Origin: Buchnera sp. (in: enterobacteria)
Lineage (GTDB): Bacteria; Pseudomonadota; Gammaproteobacteria; Enterobacterales; Enterobacteriaceae
Length of the DNA: 33,538 bases
Assembly: GCA_035577605.1 (NCBI GenBank)
Contig: DATLVK010000102.1
Span: 1 to 33,538, forward strand
Direction of reading: 5' to 3'
This document shows, in pieces, positions 17,939 to 26,901 of the stretch (positions within the stretch are counted from its first letter, which is position 1; each line of letters opens with the position of its first letter). The notes below the pieces were generated by a model. That model saw nothing but the letters and a program-made list of their open reading frames with translations, had not been told where the DNA came from and did no database searches. The translations under genes were made by a program, and so were the position numbers.

Positions 17939-20080
17939 TTAGGTTGATATTTTTGTTTTGGATGTGTGTAAATCAGCCATAATCTTAGCTAAAGAAGCTG
18001 AATAATCTAAATCTGCTTTGTGCATATTCATTTTTCTATCTTGAACATCCATATTCATATCAGCAGCCATTTTTTTAGCTTTCATAATCATTTCCATTTT
18101 TTCTAATTCATGCTGATCTTTTTCCAATTGATACTTTTCAGAACGCAATTGCAGCTCTGTTTCTCTTTCTTTGAGCTCTGCTTGCTTTAATTGCATTTCC
18201 ATTTGCATTGCTTGTTCTTGCGGAGATGGCTTAGGAGGAGGAGGCGGCTTTCCTTCTTCTTGAGCTAATATATTAGGAGGAACAAGAGTCTTAAACCTTT
18301 CCGAAATTTGAGGCATGAATTGCACATCAAGGTTTTTAGCCCATAAATCAGCAACTAATGGAAACGCTTGCGGAAACACTTGGATTGTTTGTTGGAGAAA
18401 CTCCAAAGCAACTTCTTTTTGAACGGCGAAACTAGGACCAGTATCAATCTCAATATCATAGTCCCCATAAGTAATTTCATTTTCCACAGAACCATCAGAC
18501 ATTTTTTTATTAAGAACCAAAGAATCCGTTTTTCCATCTTTTTTTGTAATAATGACATTTCTTTCTTTTTCTCCATATATATAAGGTATTAAATCTAATA
18601 CTACTCTTCCACCTTGTTCTATGGCTTGATTTAGATTGTCATAAAAAATATAAGCAGCCATTGATCCTTCAATTTTTCTTTCTCTACGAGCTTTTCCAGA
18701 AATATCTCGTCCTTGTAAATCTTGTGATTCGCTAAATCCTAATATTTCTCTAATATCCTGAGAAGCACTTTGAGCTTCTTGTATTAACTCGGGAGATAAT
18801 TGCCAAGCTTGCATTTTCTGAGGCATCATGTTTGTTTTTTGATCCGGCCTTGCAATTAAAACGCCTACTTGAACCTCTGGATTTCTCCACATTTGTTCTT
18901 CTCCAATAATATTATCTGGAGTGGCTAACCATTGCTCTCTACGTCTATTTTTAATTTCAGTAGCTCGTTCAGACATTACAAAATTAAGATATTTTTGTGT
19001 ATCTTTTGCTTCTCTAATAAAACTACGAGTATATTGACGACCCTCTATAAAACATGAATTACCATCAACAAATATTCCAGGCAAATATTTTGAAGGCCAT
19101 TTAGAAAAATCTAATATACGATCATGAAGCAAACGATAATGAAATATTTCATAATCTTGGGTCCATCTTTCATTAATTATTTTAGGAACTAATTCTAATA
19201 TTTCTTTGCTTAATTTTTCTGATGATTCTGCTATTTGCTTAGTTTTCTTTATTGTTTCTTGCATTTCTTTCCATTCATCTTCTTTTACTGATTCCCCATT
19301 AGATAACTCTAATATTTTAAAAGATTTCCATTTTTTAACAAAATAATCACATACAACAATAGAATCTTTAGATTGCCATTGAAAATCAATCAATGATGAA
19401 GGATCAGAATAAGACACAGGGTTAAAAGCATATGGATACATAGCATCGAATTGTTTTTTGCCATAAATATATTTCCTTGCATAAAAATCACCATCTCCCT
19501 TATGTGGCTTCATTGCCATAGGATCAAAAGAAACCATTTTAATATCAGGAATAATTTCGTAATTTATTATCCTGTTAAAGCTAAGTGGAGATTCATAATC
19601 AAGAGATATTTGAAATGCGCCCCATCCACTAGATAAAGCAGATTGAGAGGCAGATTGATATATTAAGTCGTTCTGAGATTTATATGATATAGACCTAACT
19701 AAATCGCTCATCAAATCAATAGATTTTTGATCTGATTTGCCAGTTAATGATCTAACCATTAAATCTGGTTTATTTTTACGTTGCTCTCCTAATATCTTAT
19801 TAACTGAATCAAGTAGTTTATTAGCTGTCAAAGATACTTTCTGTAATCTAGTAAATTCATTACGCTCACTTGAATTCCATTGATCTACAAATAAAAAATT
19901 CATATCATCTTTGCCACGGGTAATATTTTCATTAAAATAACTTCCCCATAGATTAAGATTATCGCGAGCATTAGAAAGAACATCCATTTCATTAATTCCA
20001 GCTTCTTTAATCTTATCTAATCTTTTAGATTCTAATTCTTCTGATTCTTCTGGAGAAATCCCATTATCTAATGAATTCAT
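17939..20080 (-). CDS. Portal protein (P22-like)
   Basis: 713 aa; DDMNFLFVDQW, ISGKA, YDIEIDTGPSFAVQK, Pro-rich linker and C-terminal coiled-coil barrel. Confidence 0.92.
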   Translation of the reverse strand: MNSLDNGISPEESEELESKRLDKIKEAGINEMDVLSNARDNLNLWGSYFNENITRGKDDMNFLFVDQWNSSERNEFTRLQKVSLTANKLLDSVNKILGEQRKNKPDLMVRSLTGKSDQKSIDLMSDLVRSISYKSQNDLIYQSASQSALSSGWGAFQISLDYESPLSFNRIINYEIIPDIKMVSFDPMAMKPHKGDGDFYARKYIYGKKQFDAMYPYAFNPVSYSDPSSLIDFQWQSKDSIVVCDYFVKKWKSFKILELSNGESVKEDEWKEMQETIKKTKQIAESSEKLSKEILELVPKIINERWTQDYEIFHYRLLHDRILDFSKWPSKYLPGIFVDGNSCFIEGRQYTRSFIREAKDTQKYLNFVMSERATEIKNRRREQWLATPDNIIGEEQMWRNPEVQVGVLIARPDQKTNMMPQKMQAWQLSPELIQEAQSASQDIREILGFSESQDLQGRDISGKARRERKIEGSMAAYIFYDNLNQAIEQGGRVVLDLIPYIYGEKERNVIITKKDGKTDSLVLNKKMSDGSVENEITYGDYDIEIDTGPSFAVQKEVALEFLQQTIQVFPQAFPLVADLWAKNLDVQFMPQISERFKTLVPPNILAQEEGKPPPPPKPSPQEQAMQMEMQLKQAELKERETELQLRSEKYQLEKDQHELEKMEMIMKAKKMAADMNMDVQDRKMNMHKADLDYSASLAKIMADLHTSKTKIST

Positions 20081-20100
20081 TTAATTTATACCTATAAATA

Positions 20101-20262
20101 TTAACATAGTTCGGATGTTATTATTTCAATCCTTGGCTTATCCCAAGTATTACCATATTTAATAAGTAATTGATTGAATAATTCAGAAACATTATTACAT
20201 TCAATAATAAAATAATCATAACTATTTGTATTTCTTTCTGCTTGAATCAAATATCTAATCAT
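20101..20262 (-). CDS. 53-aa hypothetical protein
   Basis: MIRYLIQAERNTNSYDY..., ATGA overlap with the upstream stop, fills the gap before portal. Confidence 0.5.
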   Translation of the reverse strand: MIRYLIQAERNTNSYDYFIIECNNVSELFNQLLIKYGNTWDKPRIEIITSELC

Positions 20263-20441
20263 TTATTAATTTTCCTTAATGTTTTAGCTAAAATTGCTCT
20301 TTTCCTAGTTTTAGTATTTTTAGAATGCTCAGCTTTAACAAGTTTAGATTCTGGTATTTTTTCACCTTTTTTTACCTTAAGTGTTTTTCTTAAAGACCCA
20401 GGATGTTTAATCGCTGATTGAATCCATTTCTTTTTTTCCAT
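20259..20441 (-). CDS. Small Lys-rich basic phage protein
   Basis: WIQSAIKHPGSLRKTL...GEKIP...KRAILAKTL; start re-called to MEKKK with AGGAG SD. Confidence 0.75.
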   Translation of the reverse strand: MEKKKWIQSAIKHPGSLRKTLKVKKGEKIPESKLVKAEHSKNTKTRKRAILAKTLRKINK

Positions 20442-20457
20442 AAAAAATCTCCTATTA

Positions 20458-20712
20458 TTAAATATCAATATATCCAAAAGAAGGATTCAAAACAGAAATA
20501 TATTTAATTTTTTTACTAAATTTACATTCTTCAACAATTCCATCAATATATTTCCAAGTTTTAATATCATTAGATTTATATTTATACAATGGTTTGGGCA
20601 TAATATATCCACATTTATCTAAATATGTTCTTACTTTATCTATTCTTTTATTAGTAGGTTTCTTTACATAATAATTACTTATTTTTTGATATTCATCAAA
20701 ACTAAATTTCAT
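20458..20712 (-). CDS. Hypothetical protein
   Basis: 84 aa, ATGA-coupled to the upstream gene. Confidence 0.6.
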   Translation of the reverse strand: MKFSFDEYQKISNYYVKKPTNKRIDKVRTYLDKCGYIMPKPLYKYKSNDIKTWKYIDGIVEECKFSKKIKYISVLNPSFGYIDI

Positions 20713-20912
20713 ATAAAATATCCTTCTTTATGAGCTTTAATAAACTTTAATAATTTATCTGTTCTACCATTTTTCATCATATTCAATGGGGACAATCCTC
20801 CCAAATATGAATTAGGAGTAGTAAACCAAGTAAATGTTTTATTAATATTACCATTAAAATATTCTTTAATCATTTCAAACACTAATTTTTTCTTTGGGTC
20901 AGTGCCATACAT
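20709..20912 (-). CDS. Stand-alone Xre/MbcA/ParS antitoxin C-terminal (DUF2384-like) domain protein
   Basis: F.G......WF..PN..LGG.SPL......G motif. Confidence 0.7.
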   Translation of the reverse strand: MYGTDPKKKLVFEMIKEYFNGNINKTFTWFTTPNSYLGGLSPLNMMKNGRTDKLLKFIKAHKEGYFI

Positions 20913-20921
20913 ATTTAATCC

Positions 20922-22550
20922 TTACATTCTAAATGTAGGATTATACATGCTAACGTATTGTTTTTTAACTACTTCAGTTGAATTTCCAGCAAATTCTAAA
21001 GCGCCATACTGTATGCAATCATGAGGATGTGAAAATTTATTTTTATCTGGTTCATTTCTATATCTTTCATCCCCAGAAACAGAAAGTCTTTTATAAACAT
21101 ATCCATTTATAAATCCTTTTCTAATAATTGGACATTTTTTCCTATCTAATAATAAACCTGGTTTTCCATCAGGAGATTTATTAAGAAAATATTTAACTGC
21201 GTTTATTCTAGGATCAATAAGATTAGTTCTTGCTGGTTCTGTTTTAATACCTAATTCATTGAGCTCTCCAATGAAACTAAAATTACCAAAAACTTCTTCT
21301 CTTCTCACTCCAGAGGGATCACCTATTGATAAACCAAGCATATTTACTATTCCAGAATTATTATAATTAATTAAAATAGGATGATAAGGAAAGTCTTTTC
21401 TTAAAGATGGAATAACTACATTCTCAGCAAATGACCTAACTCCCATATCTTCAGCAAGATATTCTTTAAGGATAATCAATTGACCCCGCGATGACAGTTG
21501 TATAACTACACACGCAGGAGTTAGGCCACCATCCCATGTTAAATGAATAGGTTCACCTTGGATAGCCTCAATATTATCTATAGAGTGAAAATCATCATTA
21601 TATTCAGGATAAACCCTTTTTCCGCTCTCTACTAATCCATATTTACCTAAACAAAATACTTTAATAAACTCTTCAGACTGACCAGTAGCCAGTTTACGAT
21701 AATAATCGTAGACCAATATATTGCTATTATCATGGGAATGCTTAGCGAGATTAACAGCATTATCAGCAGAACGGTTATCAATCCAATCGCCATATTCATC
21801 CTTAATTAACCCAGGTGGTTGTTTAAATATCTTATATCCTTCAACTTTATTAATCTCAAAGTCTCTATAAATCCAATGGTCTTCATCAGGTGGATTAGTA
21901 TCAGCAAATATTCCAGACCAATAATATTCATTGCAAAAAGCTCTACTTGGATAACGCCCATTAAGACGACCCTTAAGATGCGATAAAACAGACTGAGGAA
22001 CTTCTGATAATTCATTAATATAAGCCATTGTTGCTTCTAAAGATTTTAGTTTTCTTATATCATCATCTCGATCTAAAGCAATAAACATAAGCTCTAATTC
22101 AATTACTCCTTCAGAATCACTAAAAACATGCTCATAAGTCAATATAGGTTTCTTCCGTGGCTTAACATCTCCCATCTCTCCAAACCAAGCTAACCAACTC
22201 TTAAGAGTTGTTGAATATAATTCTGGAGAAGTATTTCTTATAATAATACAACGAGATTTGCGTCTACCATTATGCCATTTAGGCATCTGAGCAGCCTTCT
22301 CTACAATCTTTTGGAGACACATAGTAGTTTTTCCGCTACCATATGGACCCATAACTAATTGTACAAAAGAGTTATCTTGAGAAAAAATACGACCTGTATT
22401 AGATGGAACATATATATGATTCTTTTTCTTGCCATTTTCATCAAGTGCATATATCTCAGTTCTATCATCATAAAACCATATATGATTCTGAGACCTAATT
22501 TTTTGACTATTTTCCAATTTAGATATTCTTTGGAATAGGCTGCTTGACAT
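20922..22550 (-). CDS. terL: Terminase large subunit
   Basis: Walker A GPYGSGKT, Walker B YINE, DTNPP, C-terminal nuclease with WDGG and SHPHDCIQY. Confidence 0.93.
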   Translation of the reverse strand: MSSSLFQRISKLENSQKIRSQNHIWFYDDRTEIYALDENGKKKNHIYVPSNTGRIFSQDNSFVQLVMGPYGSGKTTMCLQKIVEKAAQMPKWHNGRRKSRCIIIRNTSPELYSTTLKSWLAWFGEMGDVKPRKKPILTYEHVFSDSEGVIELELMFIALDRDDDIRKLKSLEATMAYINELSEVPQSVLSHLKGRLNGRYPSRAFCNEYYWSGIFADTNPPDEDHWIYRDFEINKVEGYKIFKQPPGLIKDEYGDWIDNRSADNAVNLAKHSHDNSNILVYDYYRKLATGQSEEFIKVFCLGKYGLVESGKRVYPEYNDDFHSIDNIEAIQGEPIHLTWDGGLTPACVVIQLSSRGQLIILKEYLAEDMGVRSFAENVVIPSLRKDFPYHPILINYNNSGIVNMLGLSIGDPSGVRREEVFGNFSFIGELNELGIKTEPARTNLIDPRINAVKYFLNKSPDGKPGLLLDRKKCPIIRKGFINGYVYKRLSVSGDERYRNEPDKNKFSHPHDCIQYGALEFAGNSTEVVKKQYVSMYNPTFRM

Positions 22551-22695
22551 ACCCTTTCCTAATTATAAATTCTTTAGTTGTCATACCCGCGGAGCATTTT
22601 AAACACCATATTCTCCTTACTTTGGTATTTTCATAAGGCATATGCCATACTTTTTTAACCTTTAAATCTTTTGATCCGCATGCATAACATTTCAT
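22519..22695 (-). CDS. 58-aa NrdR-N-like zinc ribbon protein
   Basis: MKCYACGSKDLKV...RRIWCLKC..GMTTKE; below the track cutoff. Confidence 0.7.
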   Translation of the reverse strand: MKCYACGSKDLKVKKVWHMPYENTKVRRIWCLKCSAGMTTKEFIIRKGYVKQPIPKNI

Positions 22696-22964
22696 TAATT
22701 TCCCTTGTGCATCAGAAGATTATTATTATTAGAAGATAATTTAATATTAGAAAATGCAATTCCTGGCCTAGCTGATTGAGTTTGCATATATATAAAATCA
22801 TTATGATCAATTACAATTTCTTCTTCATATCCATGGCATGAAACAGATAAATGAATTTTATTAGTCATAATATTATCTCTAAACTTAATGGTATCAACTT
22901 TTTTGTCACATATAGCGCAAACAGGATGAATTCTACTCAAAAAATCATGTGTAAAGTTATTCAT
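22695..22964 (-). CDS. Hypothetical Cys/His protein
   Basis: CAIC...CHG motif. Confidence 0.65.
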   Translation of the reverse strand: MNNFTHDFLSRIHPVCAICDKKVDTIKFRDNIMTNKIHLSVSCHGYEEEIVIDHNDFIYMQTQSARPGIAFSNIKLSSNNNNLLMHKGN

Positions 22965-22987
22965 TTATAATCTCATTAATTAACTTT

Positions 22988-23170
22988 TTAATCCATTATT
23001 GCTCTATTATCACATTGATCGATAGCAATCAATATTTTATTCATATCTATAATTTCAACAACGTTACCATGAGTTAAATAAATTCCATCCTTGTGTATAG
23101 AAATTATGTGGTCAATATTAATATAGACAATAGTATCAATTTTAGTATTAACTTTAATAAATGCGCTCAT
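22988..23170 (-). CDS. Small hypothetical protein
   Basis: FIKV...VYINIDHIISI pattern; coupled to the upstream gene. Confidence 0.6.
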   Translation of the reverse strand: MSAFIKVNTKIDTIVYINIDHIISIHKDGIYLTHGNVVEIIDMNKILIAIDQCDNRAIMD

Positions 23171-23394
23171 TTATATGAATTAAATATTGTATTTGCGATA
23201 TTCCAGGTGAAATCCTCTTTATCCGTAAATACTATTTCTCTAGAATTTTGGCAATGTAATGTATATATTATTACAGTTTTAGATATCCCATTATCATCAA
23301 TAAATTCAACTTTCATATCTGGAGTAAATGGATCATCTAGAATTGATTCTGATTCTTTCCAAGGATTTGAATATTGATCATAATATTTATTCAT
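23167..23394 (-). CDS. Hypothetical protein
   Basis: 75 aa, ATGA overlaps at both ends. Confidence 0.6.
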   Translation of the reverse strand: MNKYYDQYSNPWKESESILDDPFTPDMKVEFIDDNGISKTVIIYTLHCQNSREIVFTDKEDFTWNIANTIFNSYK

Positions 23395-23624
23395 TTATCA
23401 CCATTAAATAAATTTTTAATTTTATCTTCAATATACTTAGATGCATAAATATATTTATCTAACCAATCCAAAAATGATTCTTTATTTTCATAAGAAGGAT
23501 CATTAAAAAAACTATAAATTTCTTCTTCCATATCATTTAATAAAGCTCTGCATTCATTAATTATCCCAACTATTCCATTGGATATTTCAATTTTTTCTAA
23601 ATAATTATTTTCTGATTTAATCAT
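23391..23624 (-). CDS. Hypothetical acidic protein
   Basis: 77 aa, ATGA overlaps. Confidence 0.6.
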   Translation of the reverse strand: MIKSENNYLEKIEISNGIVGIINECRALLNDMEEEIYSFFNDPSYENKESFLDWLDKYIYASKYIEDKIKNLFNGDK

Positions 23625-23779
23625 GACTTTCTATATCCTGTAGATACTCTCATTCCAGAGCAATTACTTTTTTTCATTCCTTTTCCCATTGTTTTTTTAT
23701 CATCAACCAATACATAACCATCTGATTTCTTTTTTTTAGAAACAACAATACTTTTAGGCGCTTTCTTTCGTGATTTCAT
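23621..23779 (-). CDS. Small Lys-rich basic protein
   Basis: MKSRKKAPKS...; start re-called from the track ORF. Confidence 0.55.
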   Translation of the reverse strand: MKSRKKAPKSIVVSKKKKSDGYVLVDDKKTMGKGMKKSNCSGMRVSTGYRKS

Positions 23780-24143
23780 TTTCTTCCATCCTTTTATTTT
23801 CAAGTTTATTTAATCTATCTTCTAAATCTATTTCTGCTACTTTAGAACTAAAATATTGCCAAAAAGCTCTTTCCAAATACCATTCAGCACCTTTGTGCCC
23901 TTTTTCATTTTCTACCACTCTTTTTAAATGACGAGAGATAACTTTTTTATGAACATTTCTTAAGGAGGCTAGGAACTGAGTATAATATGTATTTTTTTCT
24001 TCCAGTAAATCTTTTGTACCATTTTCAATCCATCTTTTAAAAGTAGGATAAGCCACACCATAAGATTCACAAGTAATTCTAGCTGGTATTCCATTCTCTA
24101 AATCTTTTAATATCCCATCAACCACTCTTTGATCAAATTTCAT
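23754..24143 (-). CDS. terS: Terminase small subunit
   Basis: HTH-like LENG......C...GV...TF.RW and AEWYLER motif; heads the packaging operon. Confidence 0.7.
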   Translation of the reverse strand: MKFDQRVVDGILKDLENGIPARITCESYGVAYPTFKRWIENGTKDLLEEKNTYYTQFLASLRNVHKKVISRHLKRVVENEKGHKGAEWYLERAFWQYFSSKVAEIDLEDRLNKLENKRMEENEITKESA

Positions 24144-24144
24144 A

Positions 24145-24255
24145 CTAAATATTCTCTAATAAATTAATAAAATGGACATGAAATGAAATATCAAAAATAG
24201 TAAGAATAGCTATAAAAATCAAAATAATACTCTGCACAAATTGAATAAAATTCAT
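24145..24255 (-). CDS. 36-aa hydrophobic peptide
   Basis: MNFIQFVQSIILIFIAILTIF..., AAAGGA SD. Confidence 0.45.
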   Translation of the reverse strand: MNFIQFVQSIILIFIAILTIFDISFHVHFINLLENI

Positions 24256-24318
24256 ATCTTATATCCTTTGTGAAATTAAATATATCATATCTAACTGAAA
24301 TATATTTGTAAATAACTA

Positions 24319-24347
24319 TTGACTAATATTACATTTTGAAATATTAT
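24319..24347 (+). promoter_or_regulatory. Sigma70-type promoter with embedded operator, driving the accessory operon
   Basis: TTGACT-17bp-TATTAT; ATATTACA-TTT-TGAAATAT at 24326-24344; nearly identical to 17393-17421. Confidence 0.75.
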
Positions 24348-24378
24348 TAATTTATAAACTATCAATTAAGGAATAAAA

Positions 24379-24540
24379 ATGAACTACAATATTATTCAAT
24401 CTCTAATTTCAGGATCAATTATGGGTTTATATATTTCTTATAAATTAGATTTATCCTGGTATTTAGGAAGTACTTTAATATTCTTATTACCAGTTTTAAT
24501 TACTATAGCTTTTGCATTATCTGATTATTTTAAGAAATGA
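24379..24540 (+). CDS. 53-aa membrane protein
   Basis: Two hydrophobic segments, AAGGA SD. Confidence 0.6.
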   Translation: MNYNIIQSLISGSIMGLYISYKLDLSWYLGSTLIFLLPVLITIAFALSDYFKK

Positions 24541-24607
24541 TATTTCATATTTATTTATATTAACTAACAAAATTAATTAATTTTTAACTTTAAAAGGAAA
24601 AAATATC

Positions 24608-24745
24608 ATGGAAAGATGGACAGAAATTATACTTATAGTTGGAATAATACTAATATGCGCTTACTCAATGAAATTATCCCAAAATTGTGTAATAGCAATG
24701 GAAAATTTAACAAGTAAAATAGATATGATGTTCATAAGGAGTTAA
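24608..24745 (+). CDS. 45-aa single-TM protein
   Basis: MERWTEIILIVGIILICAY..., AAAGGA SD. Confidence 0.55.
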   Translation: MERWTEIILIVGIILICAYSMKLSQNCVIAMENLTSKIDMMFIRS

Positions 24746-24747
24746 TT

Positions 24748-24966
24748 ATGAAAAAAAATACAGAAGTCATTTCGGAACCAAGTACCTTTAAAATTATACA
24801 AGAAATAAAATACAAATGCAGAGAACATGGGATTGTGTATTCATATATTCCATTGAAGTTTCAGTCAGAAGAACTAAAATATAATGTTAAATTTTGTTCT
24901 ATTTGTTACGCTGAATTTTTACAAACAAACTGCTATATTCTTGAAGAAATTAAGGAATACATTTGA
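24748..24966 (+). CDS. Small putative Zn-binding protein
   Basis: CREHG...FCSIC, AAGGAG SD. Confidence 0.65.
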   Translation: MKKNTEVISEPSTFKIIQEIKYKCREHGIVYSYIPLKFQSEELKYNVKFCSICYAEFLQTNCYILEEIKEYI

Positions 24967-25339
24967 TTAATAAAATATTATTATTTATTAGAATGTTACA
25001 TACACAAAATTATTTGAGGCTATAACTTATGCCATCTCTTGGACGGTTTTTAGAAATGATAGAGGCTATTTCTCGACGAGATTGGAAAGCTATTGAGAAG
25101 ATTGGAAAAGCTGCCGCTAATGATGAAAGAGAAAAAAAACATTATCAGGTAGCTCATAAAATTAGCGAGGCAATAGAGATAGCTATCTCAACAAGTGGAA
25201 TTGAAGACTCTATTGTGACAGTTGCATCACCATTGAAGTTTCAGTCAGAAGAACTAAAATATAATGTTAAATTTTGTTCTATTTGTTACGCTGAATATTT
25301 ACAAAAAAATTGTTGTATTATTGAAGAAATTAAGGAATA
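24850..25339 (+). repeat. 110-bp direct repeat (24850-24959 and 25230-25339)
   Basis: First 67 bp identical, 6 mismatches in the remainder, offset 380 bp. Confidence 0.95.
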
Positions 25340-25340
25340 A
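25029..25340 (+). CDS. Chimeric protein: IetA-like AAA ATPase N-terminal helices fused to the duplicated C-terminus of the 24748 gene
   Basis: N-part ...RDWKAIEKIGKAAANDEREKKHYQVAHKISEAIE; C-part matches the upstream ORF. Confidence 0.55.
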   Translation: MPSLGRFLEMIEAISRRDWKAIEKIGKAAANDEREKKHYQVAHKISEAIEIAISTSGIEDSIVTVASPLKFQSEELKYNVKFCSICYAEYLQKNCCIIEEIKE

Positions 25341-25343
25341 AAA

Positions 25344-25694
25344 ATGAAACCATTTGACCTAGAAAAAGCTCTAAATGGAGAACCAGTAATAACAAGAAAT
25401 GGTTATAAAGTAAATCAATTAAAAAAATATACTGTAAGATGCAAAAAAGTAATAGCAGGAGTTATCGAAGATTATAATAAAATAAATACCTGGAATATAG
25501 ATGGAAGCTTCTATAGGAATCAAGAAGATAGAAGAGACCTATTTATGGAAGACAAACCAAAGAAAAAATATTATTTAGGAATAGAAAAATTTTCTCCTGA
25601 TAAAAAATATCGATTAACATCTTATCTTTGCGAATGTAAAGAACAAGTAATTAATGGAGAATGGGACAAAATAATAGAAATAGAGATGGATTAA
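25344..25694 (+). CDS. Conserved hypothetical phage protein
   Basis: MKPFDLEKALNGEPVITRNG...DLFM motif. Confidence 0.75.
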   Translation: MKPFDLEKALNGEPVITRNGYKVNQLKKYTVRCKKVIAGVIEDYNKINTWNIDGSFYRNQEDRRDLFMEDKPKKKYYLGIEKFSPDKKYRLTSYLCECKEQVINGEWDKIIEIEMD

Positions 25695-25836
25695 TAAATA
25701 TGATAATTGACCCAAAAGAATATAAAAATAATTTAATTAATTTCTTATTTTTAATAAAATAAATATAAAAAAAAATGGAAACAGTAGGAAATGACTTTAG
25801 TGATCAATATTTTAGAAATTCATGGGAGTTATATGA

Positions 25837-26226
25837 ATGAGAGAAATTAAATTTAGAATATGGTGCAATTCATTAAAAAGAATGATTTACAATCCTTATA
25901 TTAAAGATATTACAGAACAAAGATACCAAATAAATGATTATTTTAACGGTAAAAACAATAAATTCACTTGGATGATTTATAGTAATGTAAAAGATCAAAA
26001 TGGAAAAGAGTTATATGAAGGAGATATTATAAAAATATATTCAAATATTAATAATTTTTATGAAATTTCAATTGTAATATTTTATAAAGGATCTTTCAAT
26101 TATTTAAAAAATCCAGAATTTTATGGAATTTCATTTCCATTGAATTCTTTGCCATCTTATTGCTTTATTGAATTAATAGGAAATATCTACGAAAATACAA
26201 AATTATTGGAGAATAAAAATGAATAA
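25837..26226 (+). CDS. YopX family protein
   Basis: MREIKFRIW...KDQNGKELYEGDII...IGNIYEN. Confidence 0.9.
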   Translation: MREIKFRIWCNSLKRMIYNPYIKDITEQRYQINDYFNGKNNKFTWMIYSNVKDQNGKELYEGDIIKIYSNINNFYEISIVIFYKGSFNYLKNPEFYGISFPLNSLPSYCFIELIGNIYENTKLLENKNE

Positions 26227-26383
26227 AAATCCTATAAAATGCGAGGAATGTGGAAAATTTATTAAATATGATGATTTATACAACGGGGCAGCAATACATA
26301 AGTTAAAAAGTTATGATACAGAATATACATATGAAACATACTTATCTTTATGTAAAAAATGCAATATAAAGGAGAATAAATAA
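26219..26383 (+). CDS. 54-aa Zn-finger-like protein
   Basis: CEECGKFI...CKKC, GGAG SD; below the track cutoff. Confidence 0.7.
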   Translation: MNKNPIKCEECGKFIKYDDLYNGAAIHKLKSYDTEYTYETYLSLCKKCNIKENK

Positions 26384-26487
26384 TGTTAATTTTCGAAACA
26401 TATATGTTAGGATTTGCCACTCCTATAATAGGTATTTTACTTTTTGTAGTAGTAAGCGCAATTATTTGTAGTCGTAGTCGCAATTAA
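26383..26487 (+). CDS. 34-aa membrane peptide
   Basis: AAGGAG SD, TAATG coupling, hydrophobic core. Confidence 0.5.
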   Translation: MLIFETYMLGFATPIIGILLFVVVSAIICSRSRN

Positions 26488-26499
26488 AAGGAATAGATA

Positions 26500-26901
26500 A
26501 TGAATATAGAAGATCAAGTAACATCATTAGAATTATCTAATGAACTTAAAAAATTTGGAATTAAACAAGACAGTTTATTTTGTTACATAGATAATAGAAT
26601 TTACACTAATTATGAATCTTATTTATTATCTATTTTTAGAGATCCTGAAAATATAAAACTTAGAATTTCAGCATTCACCGCATCAGAACTTTTAGAATTA
26701 TTACCAGAATACATAACTATTGAAAATATAAAATATGAACTGATAATTTCAAAATATGCTGTAGTTTATAATCAAAAACATCAAAGTAACTGGTTAAGTA
26801 GTTTTTGTATAAATATATTCAATAAAACATTAACTGATTGTCTAGCAAAAATGATAATCCACCTAATAGAAAATAAATTAATGGATATTAAAAATGATTA
26901 A
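26500..26901 (+). CDS. Conserved hypothetical phage protein
   Basis: QVTSLELS..LK..G and SAFTASELLELLP motifs. Confidence 0.75.
   Translation: MNIEDQVTSLELSNELKKFGIKQDSLFCYIDNRIYTNYESYLLSIFRDPENIKLRISAFTASELLELLPEYITIENIKYELIISKYAVVYNQKHQSNWLSSFCINIFNKTLTDCLAKMIIHLIENKLMDIKND

Noticed and set aside
1988-19636. Track ORFs antisense to or nested in structural genes (1988, 2772, 6948, 12365, 17546, 18355, 18368, 19451)
   Set aside because: Shadow frames of well-supported genes, with no SD or recognisable motifs
24850-25339. 110-bp repeat pair as DGR template/variable repeats
   Set aside because: The mismatches (T/A, C/A, C/T, C/T, A/G, C/A) are not confined to adenines of one copy on either strand, and no reverse transcriptase is present
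25700-25840. Possible decayed gene or stop-codon readthrough (20-aa ORF, two in-frame TAA, then a 21-aa ORF)
   Set aside because: Too short and AT-rich to support; all large genes read cleanly in code 11, so there is no sign of recoding
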